From Octopus sinensis (lineage: Eukaryota), in assembly GCF_006345805.1 (NCBI RefSeq), contig NC_043019.1, positions 32,115,360 to 32,179,359 of the forward strand: a stretch of 64,000 bases of DNA, read 5' to 3'. Positions 13,340-27,163 of the stretch are shown here, piece after piece. The notes beneath the pieces were generated by a model. It ran no database searches, was not told the DNA's origin, and saw nothing but the letters and a program-made list of their open reading frames with translations. A program made the position numbers and the translations under genes. Every line of letters begins with the position of its first letter. The first letter of the stretch is position 1.

Positions 13340-13712
13340 ATGACACTGATATGCAGTGTCTGTGCAAGACCCTGCCTCACTAAAGCTGGACTCAAGAGTC
13401 ATCTTCGTAGTCATAAAACGAGACAGATGAGTGACAATCTGACCACTGGTAGTGGTGCTACACACCATACTAATCATATCTGTCAGACATGTGGAAGAGA
13501 GTGTAATATGGCGGGAGGACTTAAACGACATGCAAAGGTACATGAAGCTTAGTTACAACTACAGCCGGCTATTACCAGTAAAGGTCTTAGCTGCCAATTC
13601 TGTACAAGACATTGTAGATCTTTGGCTGGGCTAAAAAGTCACATTTCATCACAGTACCATTAACAGTTAAGCCTCATGCAATGGCCATACTAAAAAATGA
13701 GGGGGCAGCCAT
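13340..13712 (+). pseudogene. 3' fragment of an RTE-like LINE ORF with three C2H2 zinc fingers
   Basis: CSVCARPCLTKAGLKSHLRSH, CQTCGRECNMAGGLKRHAKVH, then through an in-frame TAG, CQFCTRHCRSLAGLKSHISSQYH*. A second truncated copy lies at 10333. No TGEKP linkers. Confidence 0.7.
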
Positions 13713-13764
13713 CATATGTATGTATATATGGCTGTTTATATATATGTCTATGTATACTCTTTAC

Positions 13765-14151
13765 TCTCTTTTACTCTTTTACTTGTTTCAGTCATTTGAC
13801 TGTGGCCATGCTGGAGCACCGCCTTTAGTCGAGCAAATCGACCCTGGGACTTATCCTTTGTAAGCCCAGTACTTATTCTATCGGTCTCTTTTGCCGAACC
13901 GCTAAGTGATGGGGACATAAACACACCAGCATCGGTTGTCAAGCAATGCTAGGGGGACAAACACATACACACACATACACATATATACAACAGGCTTCTT
14001 TCAGTTTCCGTCTACCAAATCCACTCACAAGGCATTGGTCGGACCCGGGCTATAGCAGAAGACACTTGCCCAAGATGCCACGCAGTGGGACTGAACCCGG
14101 AACCATGTGGTTGGTTAGCAAGCTACTTACCACACAGCCACTCCTGCACCT
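13765..14151 (-). mobile_element. SINE family A, full length
   Basis: Matches the family A consensus. Confidence 0.9.
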
Positions 14152-14930
14152 ATGTATGTGTATATATATATATATGTATGTATATATGTGTATGTGTATA
14201 TATGTATGTATATATATATATGTATGTATATGTGTGTGTTTATGTATATCTATGTGTGTGTGTGTGTGTATATATATGTATATATATATATATTCTTGTG
14301 TGTGTCTATGTCTGTGTTTGTCCCCCCATTATCGGTTGACTACTGGTGTTGGTGTGTTTGCATCCCCTTAACTACTTAGCAGTTCAGCAAAAAAGACCAA
14401 CAGAAACTATATAAAGAAAGAACTAGATGTCTGAAAGCTCTGCAGTAAAAATCTTAACAGTTCCAGTTTGTCCATTTTAGATTTTTCCTAATATCAAGTG
14501 TTATGCAGAAATGTATGTGAATACACACACACACACACACACATACACACATACAGTGCTAAGCTCAACATGCCACCTAAGTTTAGGCTCAGTCGCATGA
14601 CCCGCATTTCATTCCCATGTCCAGTGTGGTGTGCAGGTCATCAAACGACAGGGATTGGCTAATGTAAGTCACTATAAAATGTCATGAATATTTTCTGCAG
14701 TTTATACACATACACACATATACACTCACACACTTATAGATATAGAGAGAGATACACATACGCACATTGCTAAGCTCAATATGCAACCGCAGTTTAGTCT
14801 CAGTCGTATGTCCCACATTTCAGTCCTATATCCACTTCAGTTCTATATCCAGCATGGTATGATGTGGGGCATCAAACCACAGGATTGGCTTTTGCATGAA
14901 ACCATAAAATATGTATGGCGTAAATATATA

Positions 14931-15340
14931 TAGGCATAGGAGTGGCTGTGTGGTAAGTAGCTTACTTACGAAGCGCATAGTTCCGGGTTCAGTCCCATTG
15001 CATGGCGCCTTGGGCAAGTGTTTTCTACTAAAGCTTCGGGCCGACTAAAGCCTTGTGAATGGATTTGGTAGATGGAAACCGAAAGAAGCCCGTCAGATAT
15101 ATGTATATGTTTAAGTAAGTGTTTGTGTGTATATGTTTGTGTCCCCCCCCCAACATTGCTTGACAACTGATGCTGGTGTGTTTACGTCCCCGTAACCTAG
15201 CGGTTCGGCAAAAGAGACCGATAGAATAAGTATGAGGCTTACAAAGAATAAGTCCTGGGGTCAATTTCATCAACTAAAAGGTGGTGCTCCAGCATGGCCA
15301 CAGTCAAATGACTGAAACAAGTAAGTGAGTAAAGAGAGTA
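14931..15340 (+). mobile_element. SINE family A, full length
   Basis: Matches the family A consensus. Confidence 0.9.
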
Positions 15341-15591
15341 TGTAGTTTATACACATACACACATGCATATATACATGTCTGTGTGTCTGTTTAAAAAACA
15401 TACACAAATGGGGTTTATACTTACAGCTGTTTCGATAGAATTTTATTCATAGATTACATCATAATGTATAATCCATCATGTTTCAAATTTGAAGGTGGTG
15501 GTTTTTATGGTATGATGTAATTGAGAAATATGTTCATAAAATGCTACCGAAACAGGTGTCGTAAATGATGTATGCATGTGCATTACATACA

Positions 15592-15948
15592 TCTCGATAT
15601 ATATAAATGGCAAAATGTCTGTGTGTGTGTGTCCTTTATACAAATCCACAATTTTTCAGTTAGAGAACTCACACTTTCTATGGTCATTCAAAACCGTCCA
15701 AGGGCACATCTTTACATTTCCCCAGTCACCCTGCAAAGCCATTAAAAATTCAATAGAAGTGACTTTTTGTGAATTTTCTAACCAAAACCCAATGAAAATG
15801 CCCGGAACTTGATATACCAATTGAATGCCAGCTAGGTGTATGTGATTGGTCAGAGATTTGGACAGTACTCGCGTGTATGTACGCACGCACACAGCTGTAT
15901 ATGCATGCACTAGCACTATGACCCCACGTTGCCAGGTCATAGTGCTAG
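15592..15948 (+). mobile_element. Non-autonomous Helitron (second family)
   Basis: A|TC...atatataaa 5' end and terminal hairpin plus CTAG|T. The 5' part recurs inverted at about 35335-35438. Confidence 0.7.
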
Positions 15949-16347
15949 TATATAATAAATGCACAAACAAATGGAAAACAGACACTGAAGGTCAACGAAT
16001 CCTCGTCAGTTATTGCGCAGAGGGTCAAATGCAATTTTGCACCTTCAATGATAAGAGTGTTTCCTTTCTAGTGGTGCTGGCAGCAAAACTCCACTGGGAA
16101 ATGGCGAGCCAACAAACAAGGGACCAAACATCACAGAAAGTGAACAAACAAACAATAAATAAATAAACTTGCAATACAGATAGTGGACATACAAACATGG
16201 ATACAAGACAAAAAACAAGCAAGACAAAATGTGAACATACTAAGAAACTGAAACAAATAGAATACGGCCGTAGGCCCAGTCAGAAGAATATCCTAAAGGG
16301 TTCGAAACAGGACAACGAAATGAGTTGAGGGTGAGAGACTAGAGAAA

Positions 16348-16568
16348 TATTTCTTTATTACCCACAAGGGGCTAAACATAGAGGGGACAAACAAACGGAT
16401 TAAGTCGATTACATCGACCCCAGTGCGAAGCTGGTACTTAATTTATCGACCCCGAAAGGATGAAAGGCATAGTCGACCTTGGCGGAATTTGAACTCACAA
16501 CGTAATGACAGACGAAATACGGCTACTCATTTTGCCCGGTGTGCTAACGTTTCTGCCAGCTCGCCGCC
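16348..16568 (-). mobile_element. SINE family B monomer with target-site duplication
   Basis: Flanked by gagagactagagaaa(a)ta on both sides (about 16333 and 16573). Confidence 0.85.
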
Positions 16569-16859
16569 TGTTGAGAGACTAGAGAAAATATGACCAGTTG
16601 CTTCTGTGGTCAGCGTGAAAAGGAAAGGAGAAAGAGAATAAAAGATGACGGTGGCCATGTGTCAGTAGTAGGAGGGAGAAAATTGGTAGAGGGCAGAGAG
16701 AGAAAGACAGAGCGGAGAAGGGGAATGCAGGTGAGTGGTCTTGAGCAACGTGAAAGGAAATGTTTTGCTCAAAAACCCAAAGCACAGCTGGCCTGGGAAT
16801 TGAAATCACCATCTTGCGATCATAAGTGCAACAGCTTAAGCCCTTGTCCCTGCACCTTC

Positions 16860-17308
16860 ACATATATACGTGCACGTGCACAAACATGCACACCAACATA
16901 CACAACACACGCCAACATACACACACACGCCAACATACACACACACGCCAACATACACACACACGCCAACATATGCACATGCACCAACATACACACACAC
17001 GCCAACATATGCACACACGCCAACATACACACACACACACACACACAAACATGCACACACACACACCAACATACACACACACACACCAACATACACACAC
17101 ACACCAACATACACACACACGCCAACATACACACACACGCCAACATATGCACACACGCCAACATACACGCACACACACACACACACACCAACATACACAC
17201 ACACGCCAACATACACACACATGCCAACATATGCACACACGCCAACATACACGCACACACACACACAAACACCAACATACACACACACGCCAACATATGC
17301 ACACACGC

Positions 17309-17341
<33 letters not shown>

Positions 17342-17560
17342 AACATGCACACACACACACCAACATACACACACACGCCAACATACACACACACGCCAAC
17401 ATACACACACACGCCAACATATGCACACGCACCAACATACACTCACACACACACACAAACATGCACACACACACAGAAACATGCACACACACACACAAAC
17501 ATCCACATACGCACACACATAAAAACATAAATACACACATGAACACACACACACACACAT
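16860..17560. repeat. ~18-bp minisatellite (gccaacatacacacacac)
   Basis: Direct inspection. Explains the long HTHANI-type ORFs. Confidence 0.9.
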
Positions 17561-17704
17561 AACGAAGCCATCTATTTCCATTGATATATAAATACCTTGT
17601 CCTGTGTTGAAAAAAAATTTGCAGATATATGTGCATGTATGTATGTGTGTATATATATATATATATATATTTAAATATATGTGAGTAAATATATAAATAT
17701 ATCT

Positions 17705-17717
17705 ATGTGTGTGCATG

Positions 17718-17760
<43 letters not shown>

Positions 17761-18075
17761 TTATTGATAGTGAGAGAGAAAGAACTTCCAATGGTAATGT
17801 ACAAATGGTATGTGTGTGCATGTATGTATGTATATATATATATAATATATATATATATATGTATGTATGTATATTTATTGATAGTGAGAGAGAAAGACTT
17901 CCAATGGTAATGTACAAATGGTATGCATGTAATTTCTTTGCTTGTGTATATATATTATATATATATATATGTATGTATGTATGTATATTTATTGATAGTG
18001 AGAGAGAAAGACTTCCAATGGTAATGTACAAATGGTATGCATGTACATTTCTTTGCTTGTGTATATATATATATA
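17705..18075. repeat. ~115-bp tandem repeat x3
   Basis: gtatatttattgatagtgagagagaaagacttccaatggtaatgtacaaatggtatg present three times. Confidence 0.9.
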
Positions 18076-18654
18076 TATACACACATACACACACACATAT
18101 ATTTTATATACCATATGGTGTATATTACAGTAAATAAGTAATTTCCTCAGTACAATTATTCAAAGATTTTTTTCTCATCTCGCACATCCAACCCCCACCC
18201 CTTACTCATTCCCCAACTCTGATCACTATATACACCCATCAACCGTCACCACCACCACCACCTCCCTCCCCCCTCCCTCTCCTTCCCCCCTCTCTCTCTC
18301 TCTCTCTTTCTTTCTTTACTTCCTGCTGTTGCTGTTTTCTTGTGAGGGTGGGGAACAGGGTGGCAGTGGGAGGATGTGCTAAGTTTTTCAAATGTTGTTT
18401 ATTAAAATTGCTCATGTGCGGAGTTTTTTTGTGTTTTTTTAAATTGCAAAAAAAAAGAAATTTTTAATTTAAAAAGAATATATGAACAAAAACATCAACT
18501 CTGAACTTGCAATTTCTAAATACCATTGGAGTTTATTAATTTAATTAATTTTGTGTCTGTCCTTCCCATTTTTTTTATTGATTTTTGTTTTAAGAATATC
18601 TTTTTTTTTTTTTTAATGCTTTTAACCATTTTGCAGTTTTTCGTGGTCTTACTT

Positions 18655-18990
18655 GCGCCGTGGCTCAGTGGTTAGAGTGTGAGGCTCACAATCACGAGGT
18701 ACTAAGTTCAATTCAAGGACCAGGCTGTGTGTTGCATTCTTGAGCTAGACACTTTATTTCACATTGTTGCAGTTCACTCAGCTGTAGAAGACACAAGTTG
18801 TGACATCACTGATGCCAAGCTGTATCGGCCCCTTTGCCTTTCCCTTGGATAACATCGGCGATGTGGAGAGGAGAGTCTGGTATGCATGGTCAACTGGTGG
18901 CCTTCCATAAACAACCTTGTCCAGACTTGTGCCTCAAAGGGGAACTTTCTCGGTGCAATTCCACGGTCATTCATGACCAAAGGAAGTCTT
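18655..18990 (+). mobile_element. tRNA-derived SINE family D
   Basis: Head gtggctcagtggttagagtg, CORE-like cttgagcNagacacttt, tail ccaYggtcattcatgacc. Copies at 35065-35310 (-), 36953-37195 (+) and 31095-31215 (partial). Confidence 0.75.
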
Positions 18991-21109
18991 TATTCTTTTT
19001 TACTTGCGCTAGTCCCAATTTGGTGCCTTCTCTGACCTGCAATGGCTAGGCTTTATTGCTGTGGCCTTCATTTGCCTCAGCAAAGTCTTAACTTTTATTG
19101 CCTCTAACTACACTGCAGTTTTTGATGGCCCTATTCGCACCAGTCACCGATTTGTTGTACCCTCTCCAACCCACAAGGACTAAGTTTTAAGTCGTGCCAT
19201 TTACTTGCCTCTTACTCTTTGCATCATAACTACATCAATGGGTTGTGACAGCTGAGTGATTGAATTGAGAGATCATTTTGCCAATAATAAACACTGGTTC
19301 TGTTTCACTTCTTTATTACCTCGTCAATTGGTAAATAATTTAATCAGTTAGCTAAGTGATTATTTAATTAATCGTTTGGTTAATTAATCAACCAATTATG
19401 TTTGTCAAAGCCCTTTCATCACCGTTTGTAGCCTCTTCAGTGACATAACTTTTTCCCCCTTCAGGTCAGCTGCAAGTTTGTCTGTCTGTTTGTCACTTCG
19501 TTTTTTTTGGGGTTCTGTATTAAAATAATTGCATGGATACAAGTGAGAATCTATGCAAGAAAGGGAGGGAGAGCGAAAGAGAGAGAAAGAAAGAGAGAGT
19601 ATGTATGTGTTTGTGCATATGGGACAATTCTCAGACACTACACAATCCGTATCAACACGGGTTCATATCAAGAATTTTGCAAACCAAATCCAAAACTGAT
19701 CATATAACCTTCTTTCTCTCTTTTGTTTCTGATACATCTTTACTTTCATATGATGATACAGTGTGATTTATGAGTTAAACAGGGTGCTATCATGAATCAA
19801 TTTGTTGAAGCATGTGTCCCACTGCAAAACAACCTCTCACAATCCAAGGCTGGGTTTTTTTATCATTGAGGTTTACTCCTCTATGTGTGACTCGAATGAG
19901 ATTTGGCTGCTGTTTCTAGCTGGTTGACCATGCACATTAAAGCCTCCCTCTAGGTGTGTTTGGTCTTGGATTGTTTATTTCTATATTTACAGCTAACCTT
20001 CATATCTGAAGACCTTCTCCATATTTGCTGCTGCCTGGGGACACGGTCGATGGAAGTTTTCTCTCCACACCAGGGGTTGCCAGAAGATCGTTTGGCTCAG
20101 TCCTCCTCTCTACCAACTGCCTTCAGGATTCTCCAGAATGGAACCCAATCGTAATATATCCTATCTACTCAAGGCACAAGGCCTGAAATTGTGGCGGGAG
20201 GCGACTAGTCACTTACATCGACCCCAGTGTATCGCTGGTACTCAATTTATCGACCCTGAAAAGACGAAGGACAAAGTCGACCTCGGCGGAATTTGAACTC
20301 GGAACATAGCGACGAGCAAAATACCACCAGGCATTTCATCCAGCGTGCCAACAATTCTTGAACCCAATCGCCTTCTTGAACCCAGTCAAAATAATACAAA
20401 AATCTAAAAATACTTAAAGAATAGTGGTAAAGTTGCAATGCCCTGCCAGTTTATAATTGCAATTGCTCAATTAGAATTCCCCCTCCCCTCAAAAAAACAA
20501 AACAAAATTAAAGAAAAAATGCAAAACATTCTCTTATCATTTTACTTTGCACTATATGACTGTGTGTATACTTCTCCTCCCCGCATGATACTTGCTAACC
20601 TCATACTTTGGCATATTTTCTTTTTAAACGGTTTTTTACTGCTGGTTCCTACTTGACATAAAATACGCAAGATCTTCCTATGATGCTCAGGTGTTTTCAA
20701 TCAGCCACATTCTGTCATTGATACACATGCACACACACATGCATGTGTGCACATACATACTTGTTTGTGTGTGTGTGTGGTGTGTGTGTGTGTATGCTAC
20801 TAACCTCACCAAACGCATTTTTTTTTTGGTATGTGTGTATGAGAGATACTCAACCACTTTTGTAATTAACTTGGCGATTTCAATCATTTGATCCTCTGTG
20901 CACAAGAGGAAGTAGCACCGCAGACATTTCAGGGGTTATTTTCTGTTGTCGTCATCACCACCATCATCATCATCATCATCATCACCACTATCATCATTGT
21001 CGTCATTACCTTCCCCACCATCATCTTCATTGTCACTACTGTCATCGTCACCCTCTTCATCCTGTGCCATCACCATCATATCTATGTGTATATATATATA
21101 TATGTAAAA

Positions 21110-21337
21110 GGCGGTGAGCTGGCAGAAACGTTAGCACGCCGGACGAAATGCGTAGCCGCATTCGTCTGTCGTTACGTTCCGAGTTCAAATTCCGCCGAGG
21201 TCGACTTTACCTTTCATCCTTTCGGGGTCGATAAATTAAGTACCAGTTACACACTGAAGTCGATGTAATCGACTTATTCCCTTTGTCTGTCCTTGTTTGT
21301 CCCCTCTGTGTTTAGCCCCTTGTGGGTAGTAAAGAAA
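21110..21337 (+). mobile_element. SINE family B monomer
   Basis: Matches the family B consensus. Confidence 0.85.
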
Positions 21338-22867
21338 TATATATATATATATATATGTAGACACAGTCATATATATATGCATATGCAAACGCACACAAGC
21401 ATATACAATAATACTTCGCTTTCCAAGGAATTGCTTTACGTGACCCCGGGTATATGAATTTTGTATTTTAAGCACAAGATCCAAATTTTGAACAAAGCGC
21501 AAAAGTTTCTACTACCATAACAAATGCTTCTGCATGTTACCAAGAAATTTATAGAGTGAAAGAAAGCTTCTTCTAAGCAAACAACTCTGGACTTGTTTTT
21601 TAAAAAGACATATCTACAAGTCTGTCTTGTGTGTGTGCGTGTATTCATGTGCATATGTAACCCACATATATATATAGATATTTACCCATATAGAGATGTG
21701 TATATAGATGTGCAAAGTTTCAAGCAAATGTTCCACATAGATACATATTTTAAATACACACATACACAAACATGAATATGTATATATATATATAACACAC
21801 ACACACACACACACACTCATAAATATATAATCTATATATACATATACATACAAACATACACACACACTCATAAATATATATCTATATATGGACACACACA
21901 CACAAAAGAATCTGAAATATTATCCAATAGCAAAACGCTGACCCGGAGTAAAACTGTAAAACATCATATGGTTGGGTAGAAGATGAAGGGGTGAATGAGT
22001 ACAGAGGATGTTAGAGGCGGGTGGAGTGGAGGGGAGGAAAGACGTACATGTACGATTGGATGTGGATTGGATCGGCATCTCTACTGATACGGAGGCAGCC
22101 GTCAATCTATGTGCTGTGGGTTACAGAGCATGACGTGGTTAATGGAAGAAGGCAGCAGAGTGTGAAGATGAATGTACAGCGGAGGAGACATGATTGACTG
22201 GTTTACTGATGTCGATTGGAACATAACATGAATAAAGTTATACATTAATGAAGGTGCGCGGAGAGGAACTGGTGGTGGAGTTGGACTTGGAAGCTGTGAT
22301 AATCATCAGGTCCAGCCTGCTCGCACAACAAATGTCCTTCAATTGCTGATTTCTAGTCTAATGGCCGCAGGTCCTGCAGTCAAACTGATGCCATATATCT
22401 TCATCTCTCCCTTTCATTTCCAATGCATCTTTACTTTCATAAGATAATACAGTGATGGGGGTTGCTCAGACCAGGGTTCATAAAGGTTTGATTTGTTCTG
22501 CAAATAGGGAAGAAACCCAAAGGAAAAGTTCTTTCTACGTCTTGCGTTTCATTTCCCTAACATTCCAATAACATTTCTTATTTCTTTATCACCCAAAAGG
22601 GGCTAAACTTAGAGGGGACAAACAAGGACAGACAAAGGGATTAAGTTGATTACATCGACCCCAGTGCGTAACTGGTACTTTTTTAATCGACCCCGAAAGA
22701 TGGGCAAAGGCATGGCTGTGTAGTAAGAAGCTTGCTTCTCAACCACTTGGTTCTAAGTTCAGTCCTACTGCATGGCACCTTCAGCAAGTGTCTTCTACTA
22801 TAGCCTCAGGCTGACCAAAATCTTGCAAGTGGATTTAGTAAATGGAAACTGAAAGAAGCCCAATGTG

Positions 22868-22902
<35 letters not shown>

Positions 22903-23194
22903 TTGTGTCTTTGTACCTGTGTTTGTCCCTCACCACTGCTAGACAAGTGATGTTGGTGTGTTTACGTCCCCGGTAATTTAGTAGTTTGGCCAGAGAGATT
23001 GATAGAATAAGTACCACAGTTAAAAAAATCTACTGGAGTCAATATATTTGGCTAAAAATTCTTCATGCTGATGCCCCAGCATGGCCAAAGTCTAATGACT
23101 GAAGAAAGTAAAAGATAAAAGATAGATATTTCTCAAAATTAATCAATATATATTTTCAAGGAATGCTTTGTAACAGTGTTCAATAAATTCATGT

Positions 23195-23960
23195 AGAGTA
23201 GGTGAAGGCATGGCCGTAAGGTTCTGGGTTCAAACCCAGTGTGGCACCTTGGGAAAGTGTCTTGTTCTATGGCCCCTGGTTCACCAGTGCCTTGTTAGAG
23301 AATTTGGGAGATGGAAGCTATGTGGAAGCCCATCATGTATGAATGTGTGGTAGGTGCAAGCATGGCCATGTGGTCTCAGGTTCAGTCCTATTGCATGGCA
23401 CCTTGGGCAAGGGTTTTCTATTATGGCCCCTGGTTCACCAATGCCTTGTGAGAGAATCTGAGAGATGGAAACTGTGTGGAAGCCCATCATGTATGAACGT
23501 GTGTTAGGTGCAGGCATAGCCATATAGTTTCAAGTTCAGTTCTACTGCATGGCACCTTGGGCAAGTGTTTTCTACTATGGCCCCTGGTTCACCAATGCCT
23601 TGTGAGAGAATCTGAGAGATGGAAACTATGTGGAAGCCCATGATATATGAATGTGTGGTAGGTGCAGGCATGGCCAGGTAGTTTCAGGTTCAGTCCCACT
23701 GCATGGCACCTTGGGCAAGTGTCTTCTTCTATGGCCCCTGGTTCACCAATGCCTTGTGAGAGAATCTGGTAGATGGAAACTGTGTGGAAGCCCATGTATG
23801 AATGTGTGTTAGGTGCAAGCATGGCCATGTGGTTTCAGGTTCAGTTCTACTGCATGGTACCTTGGGCAAGTGTTTTCTACTATGGCCCCTGGTTCACCAA
23901 TGCCTTGTGAGAAAATCTGAGAGATGGAAACTATGTAGAAGCCCATCATATATATGAACG
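23195..23960 (+). repeat. Tandem array (5 x ~153 bp) of a SINE A head
   Basis: atggcccctggttcacc recurs at about 23270, 23423, 23577, 23731 and 23882. Confidence 0.9.
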
Positions 23961-25482
23961 TCTGTGTGTGTTTCTGTGTTTATGTCATGATTGCCTTGTC
24001 TTGTCAGATGACAGCTGTCTCACTTTCAACCTGATTGTTCTGATTTTCTTTCATCCACATGTGTATGTGGTTATGAGTTTTTCACGTCACACATCCATAA
24101 AATAGAAAACAAATCAAGGAATGAAATGATAATGAAACATCTATTATGTCGTTGCATGTAAGTGACAAAAACTTGTACAACACTTTTGTCACTCTCTCGG
24201 TTGCCCTGCTAGGTTCCAGTCATAAGCATCGCAGGAAGACTGGCACTATATTCACAGAAAGTTTTATGTCAGAGTATCATTCTCCTAGAAGAGCTGCCTG
24301 CCTTGCTCACGGTTTTGTCAAAAAATGACAGGAGTCTCCTCTGCCCATGGGAAATTTATTTCTCCCATTGAAGAGAACCTCACAGGTATTGTACGAAGGG
24401 CTTCTATCAATGGAAAATCTATCCCCTAGATGGGACCCTCACAGGCACTGTATGATGGGCTTCAGGGAGCTTGTCTACCTCTGAGAAATCTCTTTAACAC
24501 ATAGATAGGACTCAAGGCGGCCAGCTGGCAGAAACGTTAGTGCACTGGGTGAAATTCTTAGTGGTATTTAGTCTGCCATTATGTTCTGAGTTCAAATTCC
24601 ACTGATGTCGACTTTGCCTTTCATCTTTTTGGGATCAATAAATAAAGTACCAGTTTCGCACTGGGGTCGATGTAATCGACTTTATCCATTTGTCTGTCCT
24701 TGTTTGTCCCCTCTATATTTAGTCCCTTGTGGGCAGTAAAGAAATAAGATAGGACTCTGTATTATACAATGGGTTTTTTGGGGGCCTCCTCTATCCATGG
24801 GAAATCTATTTATCCCTTAGAAGAGACCGCCACATGTACTATCTGATGGGCTTCTTTCAGTTTCCGTCTACCAAATCCACTCACAAAGCTTTGGTTGGCC
24901 TGAAGCTGTAGTAGAAGACACTTCCCCAAGGTGCCATACGCTGGGACCGAACCCCAAACCATGCGGCTGTGAAATGAGCTCCTTAAACATACAGCTACAC
25001 CTGTTCCACACAGTACAGTTATTTTTAACGTGGCAGTCAGTATATTCATTTCTATTTGTTTTGCTTCTATTTTGTGATATTTGCATTTCGTAATAACTAT
25101 GATGGATGGCTATATATATGTGCGTATATATATATATGTGTGTGTGTGTATGTGTGTATATATAGAAGAAACAGGATCTCTAAATACAGCCTTTCTCCCA
25201 CTGATGTGCACAACAGTGAAACACAGGCTAAGCATAGATTTGAGTATTTTGATATGGATATATATATTTGAATATATAGTTCTTGACTTCTTTTCCCTTG
25301 TCCCATTGTTTACATGATATATATGTGTATGTGTGTGTGTATATATGTGTATATATATATATGCATATGTGTGTGTGTGTATATATATATATGTGTGTAT
25401 ATATATGTATATATATACATGTATGTATATGTATGTATACACTCACACCAATACATACATGTGTGTGTATACATGCACAACA

Positions 25483-25523
<41 letters not shown>

Positions 25524-25659
25524 TACTTGGAGGATAAGAAACGAAACGACGCGAGGCGCTCAGTCATATAATAACAATTTAATAAATAAAATATATGCAT
25601 ACATACATACATACATATATGTACATACCTACATCTATATGTATATATATATATACATG

Positions 25660-25697
<38 letters not shown>

Positions 25698-26669
25698 TAC
25701 AGGACACCACAAATAAACGTAGAACACAACGAGAAACGAAAACATAAAAGCAAACAAGGAAACAGACTTTTTTACGTATATTCTTGTTTCAGACTTGTTT
25801 GACTGTGGGATGGCTGGTGCACTTCCTTAAAGGGTTTTAGTGGAAGAAATCGACCCCAGAACTTATTCTTTGTAAGCCTAGTACTTAATCTATTTGTCTC
25901 TTTTCCTGAACCGCTAAGTTATGGAAACATAAATACACCAGCATCGGTTGTCAAGCGATGGCAGGGGGACAGACAGACACACACACACACACACATATAC
26001 AATGGGCTTCTTTCAATATATATATATATATAAATAATCTTATCTTTTACTTGTTTTAGCCTTTAGATTGCAGTTCTGTAGGGCCAAGCTGTGAAGAATT
26101 TTTAGTCCAATGAATTTATTCTGGTACCTTTGGTTTTTCTTTGAAGCCTGGTGCCTATTCTATCATTCCCTTTTACCAAACCTCTAAGTACCTGGACAGG
26201 TACTTTGGGTACTTTATTTTAACAACTCTGAAAATATGAAAGGCAAAATTGACCCCTGCAGAATTTCACTCCAGAACATGATCCTTTCCACTGAAGGCAC
26301 AAGGGCTGAAATTTGTAGGGAGGGGACTAGTCGATTACATCGACCCTAGCGTTTCACTGGTACTTACTTTATCGACCCTGAAAAGATGAAAGGCAAAGTT
26401 GACCTCAGCGGAATTTGAACTCAGAACGTAAGGACAGATGAAAATGCCCCTGAGCATTCTGCCCAGCATGCTAACGATTATGCCAGCTCAGAGACGGAAG
26501 AAATGCAATTAGATATTTCATCCATTGTACTAAAAATTCTGCCAGCTCACCTTCTTGTTTTTCAGGTATAATATTAAACCTCCAGCGTTCTTATAACTAT
26601 CAGCCCTATTCTAGGGAGTGGTGCCACAAACTGTTGATTCCTCCCACAATATGTAGCTTAGTGCTTATG

Positions 26670-26732
26670 TTACCTTTTATTTCTTGATTGTATTTACATT
26701 TTTTTTTTTGTTTTTTCTTCTTTTAGGTAAGT
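26670..26732 (+). other. Candidate recursive splice site (polypyrimidine-AG|GTAAGT)
   Basis: ~50-nt T-rich tract ending ttttttcttcttttAG (26725-26726), followed immediately by GTAAGT. Confidence 0.45.
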
Positions 26733-26989
26733 ACATGATTCTGTTCACAAGTTTATGAGGTGAAACCATTTCATCTTCCCTGTCTTCCCAGAGAGCAGTA
26801 TCAGGTCTGTGATGTTTTTACATTGGTCTCATGCATTCTATACCAGTGTCCCACCCTCTGGTTCTTTTCTTTTCTTTTTTAAATCCTTTTTTTGTTTTTG
26901 CTTTTTAAGCAATGCAACAAAATATCGAGTTAACCTTAAATCAGAGCCCCTGATCTGAATATCACACCTACACACTCACACACACACAC

Positions 26990-27066
<77 letters not shown>

Positions 27067-27131
27067 ATATATATGTATATATATTTGCATGTGTGTGTGT
27101 GTGTGTGTATATATATGTATATATATTTGCA

Positions 27132-27163
<32 letters not shown>

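Noticed and set aside
16590-18094. Long ORFs (310-424 aa) on both strands
   Set aside because: They are translations of an 18-bp CA-rich minisatellite that lacks stops in most frames.
21920-22400. Purine-rich unique stretch that looked coding
   Set aside because: Stops in all frames examined and no recognisable motif. Probably a decayed repeat.
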